From Candidatus Hermodarchaeota archaeon (GTDB taxonomy: Archaea > Asgardarchaeota > Lokiarchaeia > Sigyniarchaeales > SOKP01), in NCBI GenBank assembly GCA_048885525.1, contig JBHLLP010000011.1:1552-65551 (forward strand): a DNA stretch of 64,000 nucleotides. Direction: 5' to 3'. The notes below the pieces were generated by a model. It saw nothing but the letters and a program-made list of their open reading frames with translations. It ran no database searches and was not told the DNA's origin. The position numbers and the translations under genes are program-made. Of the stretch, positions 10,089 to 20,432 are shown piece after piece (position 1 is the stretch's first letter; the number at the start of each line of letters is the position of its first letter).

Positions 10089-10889
10089 CTATAGACGGTG
10101 TAAATGAAATCCTCCATCAATATCCAAAATTGTACCTGTAGAAAATGGTATTAAACCGCTTACAATAGCAACCACTGGTTTAGCAATATCAATGGGTTTA
10201 CCCCATCTTCTAATTGGAGATACTCCTTCATTAATTAACTTATTATATGAATCATATCGAGGTTTTGTTAAAGGGGTATCTATTATACCAGGAGATATTT
10301 CAAACACCGGAATTCCTTCTTCAGCTAATCTTACAGCGAATAGTTTAGTCATCATTGTCATTCCTGCTTTAGAAATACAATATTCTCCTCGATTGAGTGA
10401 AGCTGTGTATCTATTTATAGAAGATATATTTATAATATAAGGTTGGTAATCATCTGCGAGAGTTTTCTTTAACTCAATCATCCATTTGGCTATATTTTGA
10501 GTTAAGAAAAATGGACCTTTAAGATTGATTTCCATTACTCTATCGTAGGAGTCTTCCGTCATTTCTAACATTTCCCCTCTTTTAATCGGTCCAACTCCCG
10601 CATTATTTACTAGCACATCAATACGATTGAACTTTTTCTTAACATTTTCTATTAATTTATCTCGATCTTCTTTTTTACCCACATTAGCTTGAATAAAGAG
10701 GACTTTATCTTCAATCTCAGCTTTAAAGATATTTCTCAATTTATTTTTATAGTCGTTTGATAACTCTTTTGTCGAAGCACCGTTTATTACGACCGAGAAT
10801 CCTATTTTAGCAAGCTCTAGAACAATAGCTTCCCCAATTCCATGAGTACTGCCAGTAACTATTGCTACTTTTTTATTAACTTGACTCAT
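10089..10889 (-). CDS. SDR family oxidoreductase (3-oxoacyl-ACP reductase-like)
   Basis: VAIVTGSTHGIGEAI, NNAG, YCISKAG (YxxxK). Probably in an operon with the downstream FAD protein. Confidence 0.85.
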   Translation of the reverse strand: MSQVNKKVAIVTGSTHGIGEAIVLELAKIGFSVVINGASTKELSNDYKNKLRNIFKAEIEDKVLFIQANVGKKEDRDKLIENVKKKFNRIDVLVNNAGVGPIKRGEMLEMTEDSYDRVMEINLKGPFFLTQNIAKWMIELKKTLADDYQPYIINISSINRYTASLNRGEYCISKAGMTMMTKLFAVRLAEEGIPVFEISPGIIDTPLTKPRYDSYNKLINEGVSPIRRWGKPIDIAKPVVAIVSGLIPFSTGTILDIDGGFHLHRL

Positions 10890-11017
10890 AAAATACTATT
10901 TATTTGAGTTTATTAAAAATATTTTCAAACAGACTCAAAAATCATGAAATTAAAAGATTAAATATAAGTACATCTCTATTTTACTATAACAAAATTATAA
11001 TTTTTTAATGATTTAAA

Positions 11018-12736
11018 ATGAGACGATTTGCCAGTATTGATTTTTTACGTGGTATAGCAATTGTTTTGATGATTTTCTTGCACACTATACTCCATGTACT
11101 CGATATTGATGGGTTACTTCTTCAAATGAATGACATTCCTTTAATAAACATAGTAGCACTTATCATTTTACCTTTTTTAGGTGGTTTAGCAGGATTTTTT
11201 TTGATGGTTTCAGCTATAGGGAATATGATTAGTATGTACAGACACCTACAGGCTGGAAGAAATGTAAGGGATTTAGTGATAAGACAAATCATGGGTGGAG
11301 TATTACTTTTAATTTTTGCGATGATCGCTGAGAGCATTTTAGGTATCCATGGTGCGTTTGCAAATTTGACAAAATCATTAAATGATTTATCTGCGTGGAA
11401 TTGGCAAGTTATACTTTATAGAGGATATCACTTTGAAACGATTCATACAATCGCATGGTGTATTATCCTAAATGGTGTTGTACAAGGAATTCTTTCGAGG
11501 AAGGGTGGTTGGACTAATCCTAGAAAACTTATAAAAATATATATTATATTAATTGTAGTTGTCATAGCCCTCACACCATTATTATGGTGGTTAGTAGATT
11601 TGGTTATCCCAGGATATCCATGGGCTATAGATCCTAACACCAATGTAGATGTCCAATATCCTTACCTTGGAATTTCAGAATGGTGGAAATTCATAACTCA
11701 TTTCTTTTTAAATGCAATCGCAGGAAGAGAAGAACCGATATTCCCTTATCTCGCAGTATCATTTATGGGTAGCATCATTGGAATTATTCTGGCGCAAGAT
11801 AGAGAGACAGTAAAAAAAGACTGGTCATTTATCCCTAAAAGAACAATGCAAATAGGATTTATTCTGTTTCTGGTAGGTATAATTGGCCTTATCGTTAATT
11901 TGGTCCTTATAATGGATGAACTTGGTATGACTGCTGCTTTGAATCTTTATAAAGGTTTAGCGTTCCATCGAAACTGGGTTCCAGAAAATCCAGGGATTGC
12001 TAGTACAACATTGCCAATTTTAGGATGGTTATTCCAATTTTTAGCCCTAAATGGAACTGCAATTTGCCTTATAATGGTCGTAGTTCGAGTAGTTGAGTTT
12101 CGAGGCCGTGGAAAAGAATTTGCTGATAAAACAAGATTTTTCCGTCGATTTGGATTTGTTGCTTTTACAGTGTATAATATTCAATGGGTTTATTTCCTAA
12201 TACACTTCATTGTCTCATCGTTTATATATGGTCAACCACAAGCTCCATATTTGAAACTGGATTGGGCAGGTACATTTCTTACAATGGCTATAACCTTCGT
12301 AATATTTCACGGGATATTACTACTTTGGGAAAGAGTAAAATACATTGGAAGCTTAGAATGGACAATGGGCACGATTGCTGCTCAGATCATTCCAGCTCGG
12401 AAAGTAGCTGACCAGAAGTGGTGGCAAACAGGACAACTAAATGTTGAAGAAGCCTTTTATAATGCCGAATGGTTAAATGTTATAGAAAAAGATGAGATCC
12501 GTCATGATCGTCACGCAGATTCAATAATGACGTATAAATTATCATTTTTTGGATTTCTCTTTTTCCCTATTTCATTTATAACATTTCTTATAGCAAGAAA
12601 ATCTGTTCAAACCGAGGGAGAAAATATATATAACAAACGAGCAAAATTGATTTCATTGATAGGAATTATATTCTTCTTAGTTTGGTTAATACTCTCATTA
12701 TTCCTAAGCTTGTCAGATTTAGGGCTCTCTCTTTAA
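11018..12736 (+). CDS. polytopic membrane protein, heparan-alpha-glucosaminide N-acetyltransferase-like (DUF1624) acyltransferase
   Basis: The N-terminus RFASIDFLRGIAIVLMIFLH is the signature start of DUF1624/HGSNAT-type proteins. More than 10 hydrophobic helices. Confidence 0.5.
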   Translation: MRRFASIDFLRGIAIVLMIFLHTILHVLDIDGLLLQMNDIPLINIVALIILPFLGGLAGFFLMVSAIGNMISMYRHLQAGRNVRDLVIRQIMGGVLLLIFAMIAESILGIHGAFANLTKSLNDLSAWNWQVILYRGYHFETIHTIAWCIILNGVVQGILSRKGGWTNPRKLIKIYIILIVVVIALTPLLWWLVDLVIPGYPWAIDPNTNVDVQYPYLGISEWWKFITHFFLNAIAGREEPIFPYLAVSFMGSIIGIILAQDRETVKKDWSFIPKRTMQIGFILFLVGIIGLIVNLVLIMDELGMTAALNLYKGLAFHRNWVPENPGIASTTLPILGWLFQFLALNGTAICLIMVVVRVVEFRGRGKEFADKTRFFRRFGFVAFTVYNIQWVYFLIHFIVSSFIYGQPQAPYLKLDWAGTFLTMAITFVIFHGILLLWERVKYIGSLEWTMGTIAAQIIPARKVADQKWWQTGQLNVEEAFYNAEWLNVIEKDEIRHDRHADSIMTYKLSFFGFLFFPISFITFLIARKSVQTEGENIYNKRAKLISLIGIIFFLVWLILSLFLSLSDLGLSL

Positions 12737-12828
12737 TGAAGATTCTGAAAAAAGTAAAATTTACTATTAATCTATTTTTTTTTTAATTATTCTTTATGAT
12801 ATTAATATTTTAATTAGGAGCAATAGGG

Positions 12829-14862
12829 ATGATTGAAGTCAAAAAAGGTATGAGTGAAAAAGAAATTAAGGATTATGTCAATTTTGTACTTGATCAAATG
12901 AGTTTAAAAGAGAAAGTAGACCAAATGAAAGGTAGGAGATTTTTATTTAAAGTTATAAAAGATAGAGGACCAGGAAAACGGACATATGATGGAGCAGGTT
13001 CTGAAAGGTTTAATATTCCTTCTTTTGAATTTACCGATGGACCACGAGGAGTTGTGATTCCCGGTTCTACTTGTTTCCCGGTGTCAATGGCTAGAGGGGC
13101 ATCTTGGGATCTTGATTTAGAGGAAAGTATTGGCAATGTAATTGGGAGAGAAACACGAGCTCATGGCGGAAATCTTTATGGTGGAGTATGTATCAATCTC
13201 TTGCGTCATCCTGCGTGGGGTAGAGCTCAGGAAACTTATGGAGAAGACCCATTTTTAATTGGAGAATTCGGGGTGGCTTTAACACGGGGTTTACAAAAAC
13301 ATAATGTCATGGCAACTGCTAAACATTTTGCAGCAAATAGCATTGAAAAAGCTAGATTTAAAGTAAATGTGAAAATGGATGAGCGAACTCTTCGTGAAGT
13401 ATATCTCCCTCATTTCAAACGATGTGTTGATGAGGGGTGCGCTACCATAATGAGTGCATATAACAAATTCCGTGGTAAATATTGTGGACATAATGATTAT
13501 TTATTGAACGAGATTTTAAAAGGAGAATGGGATTTTAGGGGATTCGTCCATTCTGATTGGATGTATGGAGTAAAAGACACTGTTGAGGGAGTAACTGGAG
13601 GATTAGATGTGGAAATGCCTCGAGCTAAATATTATAAATATAAAAAAATTAAGAGTGCTTTAGATAAAGGTGAAATTACAGAAAATATGATAGATGAGGC
13701 GGTGAGGCGCGTAATGAGAACAATTCTTAAATATACTACAAAAGAAGATCCACAAAATTATGGTAAGGATCTAATTGGATGTGAAGAACACTATAAGATA
13801 GCTTTAGAAGCTGCAGAAAAAAGCATGGTTCTTCTTAAAAATGAAAATCGAATTTTACCATTGGACAAAAATGAAATTAAGAAAATAGCAATTTTTGGAA
13901 AGTATGCTAGCGTAAAAAATATAGGAGACTATGGTAGTAGTGCGGTATCAGTTAAAGAAGTTAGCACACCTCTAAAAGGTATAAGAAAGTATTTAGGAGA
14001 TTCTATAGAAATTATTAGCAGTAATGGAAAAGATTATGTTCGAGCGAAAGAAATAGCTAAAGAAGTAGATGTATCAATTGTAGTGGTTGGACTAAATTGG
14101 AGGGATGAAGGAGAATATATTAAAGAATTAAGAATTGGTGGGGATCGAGACAAACTTTCTTTACACGATAAAGATATTGAATTAATTAAGGCAGTTACTT
14201 CTGAAAATAAAAAATGTATAGTTGTCTTGATTGGTGGTAGCGCAATCACAATGGAAGAATGGAAAGATCAAGTACCTGCTATATTAATGGCATGGTATTC
14301 CGGTGTAGAAGGAGGTAATGCTCTAGCAAGAATACTCTTTGGAGATGTCAATCCTGGTGGAAAGCTACCTTTTACAATTCCTAAGGATCCTACACATTTA
14401 CCTTACTTCGATAAGAATGCAGATGAGATAGAATATGGATATTATCATGGCTATACTCTTTTTGATAAAGAGGGTTATGAAACGGCATTTCCTTTTGGAT
14501 TTGGACTAAGTTATACCACCTTTGCTTATGGTAATATAAAAATCAACGTAAAGGATGATAAAATTATTGGGTCAGTAGATGTTAAAAATTCTGGAGATGT
14601 ATCTGGAGATGAGGTGGTTCAATTATATATTGGATTTGCACAGTCTCAAATCAATCGCCCCGTTAAACTCTTGAAGGGATTTAAGCGTATCCCTCTAAAA
14701 CCAAATGAAACAAAAAACATAAAAATTGAAGTTCCAATAAAAAACCTTGCTTGGTATAATCCAGAATCTAAATCATGGGAAATTGAACATATAAAATATA
14801 CCCTTTATATGGGTAATTCATCTAGAAGTGATGATCTCCTATCAGTTCAATTTGAATTATAA
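12829..14862 (+). CDS. glycoside hydrolase family 3 (beta-glucosidase/BglX-like)
   Basis: FTDGPRGV, INLLRHPAWGRAQETYGEDPFL, KHFAANS, GFVHSDW (nucleophile Asp). The C-terminal (alpha/beta)6 and FnIII-like parts include GFGLSYTTF. Confidence 0.9.
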   Translation: MIEVKKGMSEKEIKDYVNFVLDQMSLKEKVDQMKGRRFLFKVIKDRGPGKRTYDGAGSERFNIPSFEFTDGPRGVVIPGSTCFPVSMARGASWDLDLEESIGNVIGRETRAHGGNLYGGVCINLLRHPAWGRAQETYGEDPFLIGEFGVALTRGLQKHNVMATAKHFAANSIEKARFKVNVKMDERTLREVYLPHFKRCVDEGCATIMSAYNKFRGKYCGHNDYLLNEILKGEWDFRGFVHSDWMYGVKDTVEGVTGGLDVEMPRAKYYKYKKIKSALDKGEITENMIDEAVRRVMRTILKYTTKEDPQNYGKDLIGCEEHYKIALEAAEKSMVLLKNENRILPLDKNEIKKIAIFGKYASVKNIGDYGSSAVSVKEVSTPLKGIRKYLGDSIEIISSNGKDYVRAKEIAKEVDVSIVVVGLNWRDEGEYIKELRIGGDRDKLSLHDKDIELIKAVTSENKKCIVVLIGGSAITMEEWKDQVPAILMAWYSGVEGGNALARILFGDVNPGGKLPFTIPKDPTHLPYFDKNADEIEYGYYHGYTLFDKEGYETAFPFGFGLSYTTFAYGNIKINVKDDKIIGSVDVKNSGDVSGDEVVQLYIGFAQSQINRPVKLLKGFKRIPLKPNETKNIKIEVPIKNLAWYNPESKSWEIEHIKYTLYMGNSSRSDDLLSVQFEL

Positions 14863-14883
14863 CTCCAAATTATAAAAATTTCT

Positions 14884-15918
14884 TTATAATTTTTCAATTT
14901 GTTCTTTTTTACCGGTTTCAGAAGATTTGTATAAAGCAGATATTAAACAGAGTACTTTTGCACTTTCTTCTACATTATTTAAGTAGGGTTTATCATAAAG
15001 AACCCAATTTGCAAAAGCCTTAATCAATCTCCCTAAATGAGAGAAACCCTTTGTATCTTTTTTTACTTTATATTTTTTAACACCTTTCCATTTTAATGAT
15101 GAAAATGGCCATGGTGCTTTATAATAGCACCTTCCTTTTTGTCCAAAAACTTGTAACTCAGCTCTTTCTTTAAAAATGTTGAAAGGGGGCTTAATAAACA
15201 TCGAGTTGTTTACTTGTGCATAAGTTCCATTATCAAATTCAATTATCCCGAAACCCAAATCTTCTACTTCAACGTTTTTAAATTTCGCATTATCTATTTT
15301 ACCGATTACTGATACAGGGTCTCCTAAAGCCCATATCATTATATCTAAAAAATGGGACCCGTGAGAAAGTACAGTTCCACCTCCTGCTGTTTGTTTCTTG
15401 GCTCGCCATGGTCCTTTTTCAAAATAAGTGGCATCTCTACTAAAATATATATTACAATTAGCATAATATGTTTCTCCAAGATGATTATTTTGAAGAGCTG
15501 AAGCTAAGCGATAACTTTTATGGTCATATCTATGCATATAATTAAAACCTAGCTTTAAATCACTAAATTCTTTATCTAATCGATTAATTTCACGAGCATC
15601 ATCTACTGTAATAGTAATCGGTTTTTCACATAAAACATGTTTTCCCTGCTCAAAAGCCTGCTTAATCATAGGTTTATGTAGATGAGGAGGAGTAGCAATA
15701 TATACCACGTTAAAATCTTCGTTTTCATAAAATTCTTCAATATCCTTATATGCATGCTTCCTACCGGCTATATTAATTGCTCTATCTAAGTTTAAATCAA
15801 CAGCAGCGACAATTTGTGCGTTTTTAACAACTTTATTGGCTAATTTGAAGTATTTTGAACCATATCCACATCCTATTACACCAACTTTTATGGAACTGTT
15901 TTTACTCATATGATACAC
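14884..15918 (-). CDS. Gfo/Idh/MocA family oxidoreductase
   Basis: The N-terminal Rossmann segment IKVGVIGCGYGSKYF and the EKPITITVDDA motif. It starts 8 nt after the stop of the upstream ThuA-like gene. Confidence 0.85.
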   Translation of the reverse strand: MYHMSKNSSIKVGVIGCGYGSKYFKLANKVVKNAQIVAAVDLNLDRAINIAGRKHAYKDIEEFYENEDFNVVYIATPPHLHKPMIKQAFEQGKHVLCEKPITITVDDAREINRLDKEFSDLKLGFNYMHRYDHKSYRLASALQNNHLGETYYANCNIYFSRDATYFEKGPWRAKKQTAGGGTVLSHGSHFLDIMIWALGDPVSVIGKIDNAKFKNVEVEDLGFGIIEFDNGTYAQVNNSMFIKPPFNIFKERAELQVFGQKGRCYYKAPWPFSSLKWKGVKKYKVKKDTKGFSHLGRLIKAFANWVLYDKPYLNNVEESAKVLCLISALYKSSETGKKEQIEKL

Positions 15919-15926
15919 CTATATTA

Positions 15927-16559
15927 TTATCCTTCTATTACCCATTTTACAGAATTTTGTATTATTTTACGGAAAGTTTCATTTTTCAATGATTTTGCTT
16001 GATGACCTAATGCACAAAAAGCGACTCTTCCTTTCCCGTATGTTTTTACCCAGATTATCGGTTCAGGATTAGGATCTTCTACATCATGGTAATACGCTTC
16101 TGCTAAGACATTCATATCACCTTTCATAGAAAAGTCATGTCTATAAGGTTCATCATAAAAGTTAAAGTCATTTATATTATGTGTAATTGGATGATCTTTA
16201 TCAAGAATTTTAATATCTATATTACATTTCTTTTTATGGGCAATAAACCTTCCCCCAATCATTTCATAATATTTGGGATGTTCTTTAAAAGAAGCTGAAG
16301 CTCCATGTAATCCCACAAATCCTTTCCCACTTGAAATAAAATCTAAGAGATTTTTCTCTTGTTCCTCAGTAAATTCACCGAATTGGGTAAAAAAAATGGT
16401 CGTATCATAATCAAAAAAATCTCTATTATTAAAGATTTCAACATCTTCATAATTATCAACAATAAAATCGTCCAAGATTTCTTTGAAATATGAAAAGGTT
16501 TTATTTCTCATAAAGTATCTGCCTCTTTGACATAACAATATTTTCTTTTTAATCCCCAT
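15927..16559 (-). CDS. ThuA domain-containing protein (trehalose-utilisation-like)
   Basis: About 210 aa, KKILLCQRG start, GFVGLHGASASF block. The pairing with a Gfo/Idh/MocA gene is classic. Confidence 0.6.
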   Translation of the reverse strand: MGIKKKILLCQRGRYFMRNKTFSYFKEILDDFIVDNYEDVEIFNNRDFFDYDTTIFFTQFGEFTEEQEKNLLDFISSGKGFVGLHGASASFKEHPKYYEMIGGRFIAHKKKCNIDIKILDKDHPITHNINDFNFYDEPYRHDFSMKGDMNVLAEAYYHDVEDPNPEPIIWVKTYGKGRVAFCALGHQAKSLKNETFRKIIQNSVKWVIEG

Positions 16560-16617
16560 AAATCATCATTAGAAAAAATGAAAAGTTCTTTATTAAGGGT
16601 TCTCTAGTTATAATGTA

Positions 16618-17991
16618 ATGAGTTTAAATCCATCTCATGAACAATTTGAGACCTTTTCTTTCAGAAAATTAAATGATTTAGAAAAAAAAATAGATGAATT
16701 GGGATTGGATATTCCAATATATCCTAGAGTGGAAATTTTACAACAAAGAGTACATGTCCATAACTTATTTGTACCGAATAGATTGGCAATTCAGCCAATG
16801 GAAGGCTTCGATGCGAATTCAGATGGATCTCCTGGAAAATTGACTTATAGACGATATGAAAGGTATGCTAAGGGAGGAGCAGGGCTAATATGGTTTGAAG
16901 CTACATCAATCAAGCATGATTGTTGCTCAAATCCACATCAATTGGTATTATCGGAAAAGAATTATGAAAAATTTGAAAAGCTCGTTTCATCTGTAAGAAA
17001 TATTTCTAATAAAACTCTTAAAGAATTAGGTTTTGTAAATAAAAGTATTTTAATACTCCAATTGAACCATTCTGGAAGATATTGTGTAAGAGATGGTAAA
17101 AAATACCCTATAAGGGCTTTTCATAATCCTGAGTTAAATGATGCAAAAAAACTCTCAGAAATGGAAGGTACTATAATAACTGATGATGAATTAAAAGATT
17201 TAGAGGATATTTGGGTTCAGAAGGCAATTTTGGCAAAAGAGGTTGGTTTTGATGGGGTAGACGTTAAAGCTTGCCATGGTTATTTAATTCATGAATTGTT
17301 TTGTTCAAGACACCGAAATAGTTCTAAATATGGCGGAGAATCTCTTGAAAATAGAGCAAGATTATTTCTAAATATTATAAAGAAATTGAATAAAGAACTG
17401 AAAAATGAGAGGAATTTTATAATAACGACAAGAATGAGTGTTTATGATGGTATTCCCTTTCCAAATGGATTTGGAGTCAAATCATTAGAAAACGAAATTT
17501 TTCCAGCATCAATAGACCTTACTGAGCCTTTAGAAATAATCAATAAGCTTTATAAACAAGGAATAAAGCTAATAAATATTTCAGCTGGAAATCCTCATTA
17601 CCAACCTCAAATTACACGACCATTTGATACCCCCATAAAGGGAGGCATTTTCCCTACTGAACATCCTTTATATGGTGTAAATAGGCTTTTAAATTTAGCA
17701 ACTATAATCAAAAATCATTTGCCAGACGATATGGTAGTTGTAGGTTCAGGTTATTCATATTTACGCCAATTTGCAGGTTATATCGCAGCGGGCATGGCCC
17801 ATGAAAAAAGAGTGGACATTTGCGCATTTGGAAGAATGGCACTCGCAAATCCTGATTTTCCAAAACAAATTTTCCAAAATGGAAAAATTGATAAAAATCA
17901 AGTATGTATTACATGCTCTAAATGTTCAGAATTAATGAAACTTCAACAAAATGTAGGGTGTGTAACGAGGGATCCGCAATATCAGAAATAG
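16618..17991 (+). CDS. NADH:flavin oxidoreductase (Old Yellow Enzyme family)
   Basis: NRLAIQPMEG, GFDGVDVKACHGYLIHELF, KYGGESLENRARLFLNII. The C-terminal Cys cluster CITCSKCSEL...GCV is also present. Confidence 0.8.
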   Translation: MSLNPSHEQFETFSFRKLNDLEKKIDELGLDIPIYPRVEILQQRVHVHNLFVPNRLAIQPMEGFDANSDGSPGKLTYRRYERYAKGGAGLIWFEATSIKHDCCSNPHQLVLSEKNYEKFEKLVSSVRNISNKTLKELGFVNKSILILQLNHSGRYCVRDGKKYPIRAFHNPELNDAKKLSEMEGTIITDDELKDLEDIWVQKAILAKEVGFDGVDVKACHGYLIHELFCSRHRNSSKYGGESLENRARLFLNIIKKLNKELKNERNFIITTRMSVYDGIPFPNGFGVKSLENEIFPASIDLTEPLEIINKLYKQGIKLINISAGNPHYQPQITRPFDTPIKGGIFPTEHPLYGVNRLLNLATIIKNHLPDDMVVVGSGYSYLRQFAGYIAAGMAHEKRVDICAFGRMALANPDFPKQIFQNGKIDKNQVCITCSKCSELMKLQQNVGCVTRDPQYQK

Positions 17992-18069
17992 ATTTTTTTT
18001 GAGAAAGTTATTTTAATCCATAAATCGAATTTAATTTATTATAAATTTATAACATGTTCAAATTAGAAT

Positions 18070-20412
18070 ATGAAGGAATTATTCAAAAATCGTAAGATTA
18101 TCATTAAATCTCTCTTATATTTAATATTGGTTATTATAGTTCTTATTTCTTTTTGGAAAATTATTTTCCCAAGCAGTATCGGAGGCTTTTTTATATTCAT
18201 TGCCTTTGGATTATATTATGTAATATCAACTAATGTTTTTAGCAATATTATAATCATTTTATTTTTAATATATTTATTTTATAAGATTTTCAGCTTAAAG
18301 ACTCATAGAAACAAGAAAAAAAAACAATTTCCAAAATTATTTTTTTTATTTATAATATTGATCTCACCCCAATTCTTTATTTCTGACCAAGATTTTATTG
18401 CCCCTAAATTAAGTCAAGGAGAGTGGGAATTCTCAATGAGAACTAATTTCACTCGTACTATCGATTTATTTGAATCTTTTAACGCTACTCAGGGATACAA
18501 ACAACGCAAGACTATATATTTAAATGGTACTAAAAATAGTAATAATGTTTATGCACAACCTGCTCGAGTTTATCAAAATTTAAATATTAGTGAAATTGAC
18601 ATCGAGACATCACTTTATAGAATTTATAATTTTCAGGATTGTCTTGATTTTACATTGAATTCTCTTGTGCGTCTAATTTATATTGACATAAATAGGAGTG
18701 TCTTAAGTTCATCAATAAGAAGTAAAGTCTGTGATGCTTTTGGTAAAGCACAGTATTGGTATACAGAAGGAAGAAGAAGTGATCAAATATTTTATACTGA
18801 AAATCACCAAATTCTCTATCACACTGCTGAATTGCTCATAGGGCAATTATTTCCAAATGATACTTTCGTTAATTCAAACATGACTGGAAATGAGCATGTT
18901 AACCACGCATTACCATTAATAAAAAGATGGCTTAATTGGCGAGCACAATTTGGTTTCTCCGAGTACCATTCTGATACATATTATATCTATGATATTGCAG
19001 CACTTGTTAATTTAGCAGACTTTTCCGAAGATCCTGAAATTATTTATAAAGCGGCTATGGTATTGGATATTATAGCTTTTGATTTTGCCAATAATTATTT
19101 CAAGAGTAGGTTCGCTACAACTCATGGTCGAGTTTATGATCGTACAAAAGTAGGAAGAGGCATGGATTCTCCAGCTTCCCGTGATAGTACTTCAGAGGCT
19201 GCATGGATGATGTTAGGAATTGGAGAACATAATCCAAATGATAGAAGTAATATTGCCGCAATTGCTTTAGCTACGAGTGATTATTATGCACCTCCTCCTA
19301 TCTTAGAGGCCATAGCAATCAATATAACTCAATTTAATGAACATAAAGAATGTAATAGTATTAATATGAATGAAGGTCCGATTTATAATCTCAATTATAA
19401 TGAAGAAGATCTTATGTTTTGGTTAGGAATGACTGCTGTTTATGCTCCACAAACTGTAAAAGAAATCTTTGATCTTGTAGATAAGTACAATATAAAATCA
19501 GATACAATTTATGGTCCTGAACTTCTAAGGGATTTTTTCACGGTATCTTCTTTTTTACATGGATTAACTCTTAGTGAATACTCTGACAAAATGAAATTAA
19601 TTACTCAAGGTATTTGTTTAGAAACTTCAAATACATATACATATAGAACTCCGTATTTTCAACTTTCTGGTGCCCAAGATCATAAAAAAGGGATGAATAC
19701 TTATCAAGAACACGTTTGGCAAGCCACTCTAGACAACAATGCTTTTGTTTATACCAATTCACCTGGAGGTGTTACTAAAGAGCTTGAACAAGAATATGTT
19801 GGAGGATGGAATCCTCGTGCTACATTATATAAGAATGTAGGAATCATTCAATATGACCGTGAAACATTACCGTTAGAGGGAGAACTTCTTTTATACTTTT
19901 TAAATCTCATCATGGGGAATAAGTTTTATCAACATGCATATTTTCCTCGTTGGGCTTTTGACTATTGGGAGCAGCATGGTAAATGGACATTTGGAGCTAA
20001 AGGTAACGGATATATTGGATTATATTCTTATATGGATACTTATTGGGCTTCAAATTATGAACTTCGAGTAAATGGTTTCAAAAATCTTTGGATAGTTGAA
20101 TTAGGAAGTGCTGATGAATACGGATCATTTGACCAATTTATATCAGATATTCGGCAATCTCATATTCAAGTGACCCCTCAAGCATTAGGGTACAGTATAC
20201 GTTATACATCTCCCTCTCAAGGACAGATCAGTGTAGCGTGGGAAGGTCCAATGAAAGTAGATGGTAATGAAGTTGACTTAGGTCCATATCCTCGTTTTGA
20301 AAATGATTTTTGTTATCAAGATTTCGGCACTAAAAACACTCTGATACAGTTTGGTAACCAGAGCTTAGTCTTAAATTTCGATACTGTTTCAAGGATATAT
20401 CAAATTACTTAA
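18070..20412 (+). CDS. membrane-anchored hypothetical protein; possible alpha/alpha-toroid plus beta-sandwich (heparinase II/III- or alginate-lyase-like) ectodomain
   Basis: Four N-terminal hydrophobic helices and a poly-K stop-transfer (HRNKKKKQ). A roughly 650-aa domain follows, with a helix-rich first half (TENHQILYHTAELLIGQLF, WLNWRAQFGFSEYHSDTYY) and a strand-rich second half. The lyase assignment is only a guess. Confidence 0.3.
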   Translation: MKELFKNRKIIIKSLLYLILVIIVLISFWKIIFPSSIGGFFIFIAFGLYYVISTNVFSNIIIILFLIYLFYKIFSLKTHRNKKKKQFPKLFFLFIILISPQFFISDQDFIAPKLSQGEWEFSMRTNFTRTIDLFESFNATQGYKQRKTIYLNGTKNSNNVYAQPARVYQNLNISEIDIETSLYRIYNFQDCLDFTLNSLVRLIYIDINRSVLSSSIRSKVCDAFGKAQYWYTEGRRSDQIFYTENHQILYHTAELLIGQLFPNDTFVNSNMTGNEHVNHALPLIKRWLNWRAQFGFSEYHSDTYYIYDIAALVNLADFSEDPEIIYKAAMVLDIIAFDFANNYFKSRFATTHGRVYDRTKVGRGMDSPASRDSTSEAAWMMLGIGEHNPNDRSNIAAIALATSDYYAPPPILEAIAINITQFNEHKECNSINMNEGPIYNLNYNEEDLMFWLGMTAVYAPQTVKEIFDLVDKYNIKSDTIYGPELLRDFFTVSSFLHGLTLSEYSDKMKLITQGICLETSNTYTYRTPYFQLSGAQDHKKGMNTYQEHVWQATLDNNAFVYTNSPGGVTKELEQEYVGGWNPRATLYKNVGIIQYDRETLPLEGELLLYFLNLIMGNKFYQHAYFPRWAFDYWEQHGKWTFGAKGNGYIGLYSYMDTYWASNYELRVNGFKNLWIVELGSADEYGSFDQFISDIRQSHIQVTPQALGYSIRYTSPSQGQISVAWEGPMKVDGNEVDLGPYPRFENDFCYQDFGTKNTLIQFGNQSLVLNFDTVSRIYQIT

Positions 20413-20432
20413 ATAGGTGAAAAACCATAACT

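Noticed and set aside
2930-14249. Antisense or shadow ORFs in the track inside well-supported genes: 2930..3208, 4773..4970, 5064..5276, 5971..6243, 6506..6793, 10192..10440, 11122..11337, 11443..11643, 12184..12411, 12894..13136, 13291..13491, 14034..14249
   Set aside because: Each lies wholly within, or heavily overlaps, a longer ORF on the other strand or frame that has clear family motifs. Their translations are low-complexity with no motifs. AT-rich DNA readily yields such shadow ORFs.
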